Shown piece by piece: positions 56,651 to 64,000 of a stretch of DNA of 64,000 nucleotides. The position numbers and the translations under genes are program-made. Below the pieces are notes generated by a model, which worked only from the letters and a program-made list of their open reading frames with translations, had not been told where the DNA came from and ran no database searches. The DNA is from Alphaproteobacteria bacterium (GTDB lineage: Bacteria > Pseudomonadota > Alphaproteobacteria > Micavibrionales > Micavibrionaceae): positions 34,688-98,687 of the forward strand of contig JAJOJU010000004.1 of assembly GCA_021208265.1 (NCBI GenBank). The letters run 5' to 3'. Position 1 is the first letter of the stretch, and every line of letters starts with the position of its first letter.

Positions 56651-58349
56651 ATATTTGCCCCTCATTGTATGTTATAATTAACCACAGAACACAAAATGAG
56701 TCAGGGCTCCGTCCTTTCTTGCCGACTCTTTGCAGCGGTTGCTTTAGTTGCAATCCTCGTTGGAATACCATTGCATGTGTGGGCCGGGCCGGAAGGCGGA
56801 CAAGTCACAGGCGGGTCAGCCTCCATCCAGCAGGATGGTTCCACCACCACCATCAATCAATCATCGAGCCGCGCCATCATAAAATGGAGCAAATTTGATC
56901 TGGATGCTTCTGATCATGTGAAATTCCAGCAACCGGGACGCAGTTCCATTACGGTTAACCGGATTACCGATTCCAAGGCTTCCCGCATTAATGGAAAAAT
57001 CAGCGCCAACGGCAATATCGTTCTCATAAACCCTAACGGCATGGTGTTTGGCTCCACCGCCGTGGTGGATGTCGGCGGACTTGTTGCCACCACGAGCGAC
57101 CTGAAAGATGACGATGCGTTTTTGGCTGGCGGAAAAATGGAATTCACGAAACCCGGCAAACCGGATGCCCGCATCATCAACAATGGAAAAATCACAGCCA
57201 AGGATGCCGGGCTTGTCGGCCTCATCGCCCCGCATGTTGAAAACCACGGCGTTATTCAGGCAAAGCTCGGCAAAGTGCAATTGGCCTCCGGCGACATTCA
57301 CACGATCGATTTTGCGGGTGACGGGCTGATCAAGCTTGAAGTATCGGCAGACGTCCTTGCGCAATCCGTCACCAACACAGGCACGATTGAAGCTGATGGC
57401 GGACAGGTTTTACTAACAACCGCTCAAGCCCGGCATATCGTAGAATCCCTCATCACTAATACAGGCACCATCCGCGCCAATACCGTAAATGGCAAAAAAG
57501 GATCGATCAAAATCTCAACTAAAGGCTTGGAAGATAACCTTAAAAAAGGCAACGGCACCATCATCAACACAGGTGCGCTGATCGCCGAAGCCGTGCGGGA
57601 CAATAATATTTCTGCAGATCAACCATCATCCTCTCCCGTCATGAACGCGCTCGGCGGCGACATAACCTTACTGGCTGAATCAATTCAGCTGGGTGATGGT
57701 TCGGTGGTAAGCGCTACCGGCGATCATGGCGGCGGCATGATCCGCATCGGCGGGGATTATCAGGGCGGCAATAACGTGCCGACATCTGATTATATTTTTG
57801 TATCGCAACAAGCCATTTTGAATGCCAGTTCCCGCCGTTACGGCAAGGGTGGCACGATCATCCTGTGGTCTGATGAGAATACCGTTTTCTACGGCAATGC
57901 CTATGCCACGGGCGGAAATGAAGGCGGTGATGGCGGGCTAATCGAAGTATCCGGCAAGAATACCCTAACCTTCGAAGGGCATATTGATCTGCGTGCACCT
58001 CATGGTAAGAAAGGTGTCCTGCTGCTTGATCCAACCAACATCACAATCTCCTCCGGCGTTGATGCCGCTGTTACGGGTTCATCCCCCTTCACGCCGAATG
58101 CCGATAACGCCACATCCGTTTTGAACGCCACCACGCTTTTGAACGCGCTGGCAAACGGGAATGTGATTGTGCAAACACGAGCCACAGGCGCGCAAACAGG
58201 CAATATAACCGTTGATGCCGCGCTAAGCTGGAATAGCGGCAGCACGTTAACACTGGATGCCCACGCCAATATCATCGTCAATCAAGCCATTAACGGCGGC
58301 GGCCTCACCCTGATCGCCGGAACGGACGTGCAGCTAAACGCCAATATCG

Positions 58350-61300
58350 GTGGCACGGGCGCGCTCACCATGCAAGCCGCAGCGGATGGCACAACGATGG
58401 GGATCGGTGCCAGCGCCGTGGGCGTGTTTAACCTCAACACCACGGACCTTCCCTTCATTCAGGATGGCTGGTCTGACATCATCATAGGCCGCAGCACAGG
58501 CACAGGTGCCATTGATATTCGTGCCACTACATGGAGCGATAATCTGACTCTGCAAACAGGCAGCGGCACAATCAACATCAACGGTATCGTTAATACAGGT
58601 GCTAATAACCTTACCTTCATGACCGATGGTAATATAAACCTCGCCGTCGCAAACGGCATGAGCGGTTCCGGCACCTTAACCCTTATGCAACAAACAGCCT
58701 CCGCCGCCGTGGGGGATGAGCAGCGCGGCAGGTGCTATCAACCTTAACAATACCGAAATCGGACGCATCGCCGATGGTTGGTCGCAGATCAATATCGGCC
58801 GCGCCGATGGTTCCGGCACCATGACATTCGGCACATCATCCGCCACGTGGAAAGATAATGTTACCATTAATTCCGGCACAGGCGCGCTTATCGTAAGCGG
58901 CGCACAAACCTTTGGCGCGAATGCCGTCAACATTGTTACAGATGGCGATATCAGCTTGAACGTTACCAACGCGCTTTATGCGGCAGGCGGCACGCTTGCC
59001 ATCACACAGCGCAGCCCCGGCACATCGATTGGTCTGGGCGATTCACAAGCGGGCGATATCACCTTAAGCACCCTTGAGCTCACCCGCCTGCGTGATGGTT
59101 TTACGCAGATTACCATCGGGCGCACAGATGGAACAGCTGATCTGAACATCGGGAACAGCACCTTTACCGACCCCATCACCATTCAAACCGGATCAGGAAA
59201 AATCAACTTAAATACAGGCACGCTGACGACATCCACCAACGCTCTGGTACTAAGCACAAACGGGGCGGATATAACGATAGGCAGCACCATTTCACAAAGC
59301 TCCGGCGCGCTGACATTAAGCAGCGCAGGCGGCGCGATTAATATCAATTCCAGCATCACCGGTACCACCACCGGCACATGGAATTTCGATAGCGCAAACG
59401 GTGCTTTAACGGTCAGCGGTAACATCACCAAAACAGGCGGAACTGTGAATTTTAGCTCCGGCACGGGCGCGCTTATCATCAATAATGCGCTTAGCTTCGG
59501 GGCCGCTGCCAGCAATTTCACAACAAGCGGCGCGGCAGGCATCATCCTTCATAATACCTTATCTGCCAGCACCGGTGCCGTTACCATGAACACGGCGGGC
59601 GGTAATATCACTCTTAATAATGCGCTTAATTTCACCAGCACAGGCGCGCTGAATTTGAACAGCAATGGCGGTTCGATCACCACGCAAGGCATCACGCAAA
59701 CCACAGGCGCCACATCGATTAATTCAGGCGGCGGGCTTTTAACAATCGGCGGAACACTTACCAAAACAGGCGGTACAACCACAATCGACAGCGGCACCGG
59801 TCAGCTTACCTTGAACACAGTTACGCTGGGTGCCGGCAGTTTATCACTGATCACAGATTCCGATATCACCCTCAATGGTAACCTGAACGGTACCGGCACC
59901 TTCAGTTTGGCAGCCGCTAGCGACAATGTTTCCATGGCCGTCGGCACAGGCGAAACAGGTACAATTCTTGTCGATGATGATGAATTTTCACGCATTCTGG
60001 ACGGCTGGTCAAGCCGCACATTGGGCCGGACGGATAGCACGGCAACACTTAATGTAAAAGGCGGCCTTGATTGGTTGGATACGCTTATCCTGCAAACCGG
60101 CTCAGGCACAATAAGCTTGAACGGCGCGCAAACTTTTAATGCCAACAGCTTCACCATACGCACCGATGCCGATATCAATTTTGGCGGCAATCTATCCGGC
60201 ACAGGCACAGTAAACCTTACCTATTCTTCCCCCGGCACCAGCCTGGGTATTGGTGATGGACAAGCCGGAACCATCAGCTTATCCGATGCCGATCTTGCGC
60301 TGTTTCTGAACGGATGGGGCAGCCGGATTTTCGGGCGCACCGATGCCACAGGTGATATTAATATCGGCGCCATCACATGGGTTGATCCGGTTACCTTGCG
60401 AACAGGCAGCGGCCAGATCAATGTCAACGGCCCCATAGTCATGACCGGCGGAAATGCGCTCACCTTCAGCACGGATTCTGATCTTACTATCGGCGCGAAC
60501 GTCACGGGCAGCGGCTCCGGCGCCACGCTTACTATTGTCGGATCATCTGCCGCCACCACCATCGGTATCGGTGATGGACAAGCCGGTATGCTGCAACTGG
60601 ATAACACAGAATTAAGCCGTTTTGGTTCCACGTGGACAGTATTATTATCGGCTCCACTACCGCCACCGGGGAAATGAACGTGGGCGGCCGCACGTGGTCT
60701 CGATCCCCTTACACTACGTACCGGTACCGGCCAAATGAATATCAACGGCAATATCGTAATGGGCGGCAACAATCTTGCCCTTAGTACGGATTCTGATCTC
60801 GCCCTGAATGGCACCTTAAGCGGCACGGGTTCTCTGACGATTTCACCTGTATTAAGCACCACTGCCATCGGCCTTGGCAACGGGCAAGGGGGTGATCTGG
60901 TTTTAGATGATACCGAACTTGACCTCATTCTAAACGGCTTTAACGCCATCACCATCGGCTCTACTGCCAGCGCGGCCTCAATGAACGTTGGGGCCAGAAC
61001 ATGGAATGATCATGTAACATTACGGACAGGCAGCGGCGCGCTTAATATCAACGGCGCACAAAATACACAAACCAATAATCTGACGCTGACAACCAATTCC
61101 AATATTGCGATCAATGATATTTTGAGCGGTACAGGCACGCTTACCATTTCAGGTTCATCCAGTGCCACCAGCATCGGTGTAGGCACGGGCCAAAGCGGCA
61201 CCTTGTCGTTAAGCGACGGCGAACTCGATAATATCGCCACCGGATGGACCAGCGTTATTATCGGCACCACCAGCGTTACGGGCGCCATGAATATTGCAGG

Positions 61301-62600
61301 CCGTACATGGAATAACCCTATGGAATTTCGTACCAATACCGGCGCTCTCAATATCAACGGCGCACAAAATCTGGGCACCAATAACCTGACGATCCGTACC
61401 GCGACAGATCTTTCGATCAGCCAGATTCTGGCAGGAACCGGCACACTGACCATCATGAATTCCCAAACCGGGGCCGGCAACACCATGGCCATCGGCACCT
61501 CACAAACAGGGCAATTAAAACTGACGGATGCCGAGCTGGCCTTCTTCGCCGATCAGGGATGGTCAACCCTTTCCTTTGGTAACACGGGCTCCACAGGCGC
61601 TATCAATATCGATGCCAAAAGCTGGAATGCGAACGTGTTATTCCGCAATAGCACGGGCGGCATAAATATCAACGGTGCCCAAACACTCTCCGCCGGGAAA
61701 AATCTGACCATCACCTCAAACGGCGACATTGCGATTAATCAGGCGCTTAATGGTTCCGGCACACTCACACTGGGAGCGACAAGCGCCACAATCAGCATGG
61801 GTGTGGGTGACGGTGGCAGCGAGGCGGTGTTGATCAGCAATACCGAACTGGCCCGCATTTCCAGCGGCTGGAATGAGCTGGTATTCGGCATGACAGGTAC
61901 CACTACCAGCACTTACGGCACGCTCAATATCCGGAATTATGCATGGAATAATAACGTAAAAATACTGAACAATCTTCAACCAATAAATATCGCGGGCGCC
62001 ACGATGGGCACAAAAAACCTTACCATCACCACCAACGGCACGCTCAACATAAACGGTAATTTGAACGGCAGCGGCATCCTCACCATTGCACCGCAAGCTG
62101 TGGCAACGACAATCGGTGTCGGCGGGACGGGAACGCTTAATCTGACAGAAGCTGAAATGCAAAGATTTGTCGATGGCTGGAGCAGCATTGTTATCGGCCG
62201 AACAGACGGCACAGGCACCATGAACGTAGCCGCCCGCACATGGAATGACAATGTCACGCTTATAACAGGCACAGGCGCGATGAATATTTCCGGTGCCACA
62301 ATGGGGTCTAATAATCTTACCCTCATCACCAATTCCAATCTTGCCATCAACGGCAATATTACAGGCACCGGCAACCTTAAAATCAGAACAGCGAGCGGGC
62401 TGACAGGTATCGGGGTGGGTGACCTGCAAACCGGAACTCTGGCGCTTTCCAACGCTGAGCTGGCACGCATTGTTGATGGCTGGAACAACGTGACGATAGG
62501 CGATGCCGCCATGTTCGGCGCTATCAATATCGGGGCCTATAACTGGGTTGATCCCATGGTATTTGTTGCTCAGGGCAATATCGTTATCAACGGCGCGCAA
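58350..62600 (+). repeat. 12 divergent coding modules of about 105-110 aa inside TpsA
   Basis: The recurring pattern is IG.G.GQ.G.L.L...EL..I..GW....IGRTD.TG..N[IV]....W.D...L.TG.G.IN.NGAQ...NNLT..T..D...N..L.GTG.LT. I counted 12 [DNTSQ]G[WF]-type cores, the sixth (FGSTWT) falling at a frame break. A non-modular insert lies at about 59180-59900. Confidence 0.7.
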
Positions 62601-62849
62601 ACCACAACGGAAACATCGGGCACCACGCTTGTATATGCCACCACAGGCGGTGCCTTTATCAACAATGCCGGGGTCAGCGCGATTGATCCGAATACCGGAC
62701 GCTATCTTGTTTACTCCGTTGCCAGCGCCAGTGATACCCTGGGTGGGCTTACTCCGCTCACCATCGTGAATGATGAAAGCTTTACCAGCTATGCTCCGGC
62801 TGATGTCGTGGAAGCCGGAAACGTGTTTATCTATTCCGGCCTTGCCGCC

Positions 62850-64000
62850 AAAATCCTGTTCCTCGTAATTGATGATAAGGACAAAGTTTACGGCGATGCC
62901 AATCCCGCCTTTACCTATAGCTATCTCGGCGGCCTGCAAGGCAGCGATACGCTGGCAGATGTTGTGTTAACTGCCAATCTATCCGCGGCAGGCTCCACCG
63001 TTCTGGATGATGCGGGGGTTACACGCACCATCACGGGCGTATTTACAGCCGGGCTGGGCTATATCATTAATGTGATCGATGGCGTTCTCACCGTTGTTAA
63101 AGCAACGCTGACCGTTACAGCTGATTCCGATACACGAATCTATGGTAACGCCAATCCGGGGTTAGGCCTCACCTATAGCGGCTTTAAAAACGGCAATGAT
63201 GAGACGGATCTGGATACCGAAGCCAGCGTTTCCACACTGGCTGATGCTTTCTCGAATGTCGGAACCTACGCCATTACCGCCTCCGGCGCAGCTGATGATA
63301 ATTACGACTTTATATATGTGGACGGCACACTTAGCATTACCAAAGCCACCTTAACCGCCACCACACAAAACGCCACGCGTGAATATGGCGAGGCCAACCC
63401 AGCCATGAATATCGTTTATACAGGCTTTAAAAACGGGGAAACATCAGCCGTAATTGATACGCTCGCCACAGCATCCAGCGTGGCAAACGCGACATCAAAT
63501 GTCGGCAACTACGCCATTACCGGCACCGGCGCGATCGATAACAACTATAACTTTATCTACGCGAATACAGGAATTTTAAGCGTTACCAAAGCCACCTTAA
63601 CTGCCACCACACAAAATGCCACGCGTGAATATGGCGATGCCAATCCTGCTTTAAGCGTGGTCTATACAGGCTTTAAAAAACAGCGAAACATCAGCCGTAA
63701 TTGATACACTGGCCAGTGCCTCCACTATCGCCACACAAGCATCCAATGTAGGGCTATACAGCATCACAGCCACAGGCGCGACCGATAACAACTATAATTT
63801 CACTTACGTGAACAGCGGCAATCTGGACATTACAAAAGCCGCCATCACTGTACAGATCGAGGATAAATCCCGCATCTACGGCGAAGCAAATCCCGCCTTC
63901 ACACTCAGCTATAGTGGCTTTAAAAATGGCCAGGATTCTTCCGTATTCACCGCGCAAGCTACGGCTTCCAGCACGGCTGATGTATTTTCAAATGCCGGAA
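62850..64000 (+). repeat. Tandem MBG (YGX-type) domain repeats, about 246-nt period, continuing beyond the window
   Basis: Five units begin ...K[AV].[LI]TV/A... and contain [VIE]YG[DNE]ANP. The units starting at 63342 and 63588 share a near-identical first ~60 nt (AAAGCCACCTTAAC[CT]GCCACCACACAAAA[CT]GCCACGCGTGAATATGGCGA). Confidence 0.75.

Larger units (their letters stand above)
56696..64000 (+). pseudogene. Giant TpsA exoprotein / filamentous-haemagglutinin-family adhesin; at least 4 frame breaks; 3' end outside the window
   Basis: A signal peptide, then the TPS domain (GGSASIQQDGSTTTINQSS.RAIIKWSKFDL, VLINPNGMVFG). A long beta-helix-like G/T/N-rich repeat region follows, then MBG/YGX-type repeats. 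Breaks are in the G5 run 58711-58715, near 60640, near 60700, and in the A6 run 63675-63680. Confidence 0.85.

Noticed and set aside
61716-62939. 407-aa minus-strand ORF, plus other long antisense ORFs within tpsA (58000-61500, including 59183-59545, 59801-60208, 60221-60955 and 61010-61498)
   Set aside because: They are antisense to the repetitive G/T/N-rich TpsA coding region. The biased codon composition suppresses stops on the opposite strand. Their translations are low-complexity with no motifs.
58350-64000. Regularly spaced repeats, checked as a possible CRISPR array
   Set aside because: The periods are 246 nt and about 320 nt. The units are divergent and lie within one continuous coding frame (adhesin domains). 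There is no short direct repeat and spacer structure, and no cas genes.

Overview
This is a 64-kb chromosomal segment, most likely from an alphaproteobacterium. That inference rests on a contiguous fixNOQP/fixGHIS-type cbb3 oxidase module, a FYDLN-type acidic zinc-ribbon protein next to prmA, and a TIGR03862-like flavoprotein. About 55 genes lie on both strands.

Contents, left to right:
- 1-2455: AT-rich end of an integrated element carrying a large serine recombinase, abutting prmA.
- Housekeeping and lipid catabolism: thiolase, FadL-type porin, SCP2, and a FadN-type dehydrogenase/hydratase.
- A TPP riboswitch driving a tautomerase gene, a Cys-rich lipoprotein gene and thiC.
- 15.2-16.3 kb: a small AT-rich islet.
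- phnA/yjdM, a PPP phosphatase, an MFS transporter and ohr.
- A P-loop / ceramidase-like / sulfotransferase operon, then ompW.
- 25.4-33.8 kb: a complete ccoS-I-H-G-P-Q-O-N block plus a DsbD_2-like gene, with a FixK/FNR box.
- 33.85-38.1 kb: an uncharacterised, tightly coupled four-gene operon (PhyH dioxygenase, GT-B-like protein, HprK-like P-loop protein, MJ1255-type glycosyltransferase).
- A czcI-like / hairpin-less cusB / cusA metal efflux locus with no outer-membrane factor, then class II fba.
- 43.8-53.3 kb: a putative beta-1,2-glucan utilisation locus (two GH144-like genes, GH3, GH15, an esterase-like hydrolase, an SbmA/BacA-type ABC transporter).
- A two-partner secretion system whose giant repetitive TpsA runs off the window end.

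Main caveat: at least 28 single-base frame breaks interrupt at least 20 otherwise well-conserved genes. Those I localised precisely sit mostly in homopolymer runs. I read these as sequencing or assembly indels rather than genome decay. Interrupted genes are reported as single merged loci typed pseudogene, meaning not translatable as given.

I found no rRNA, tRNA or CRISPR array.
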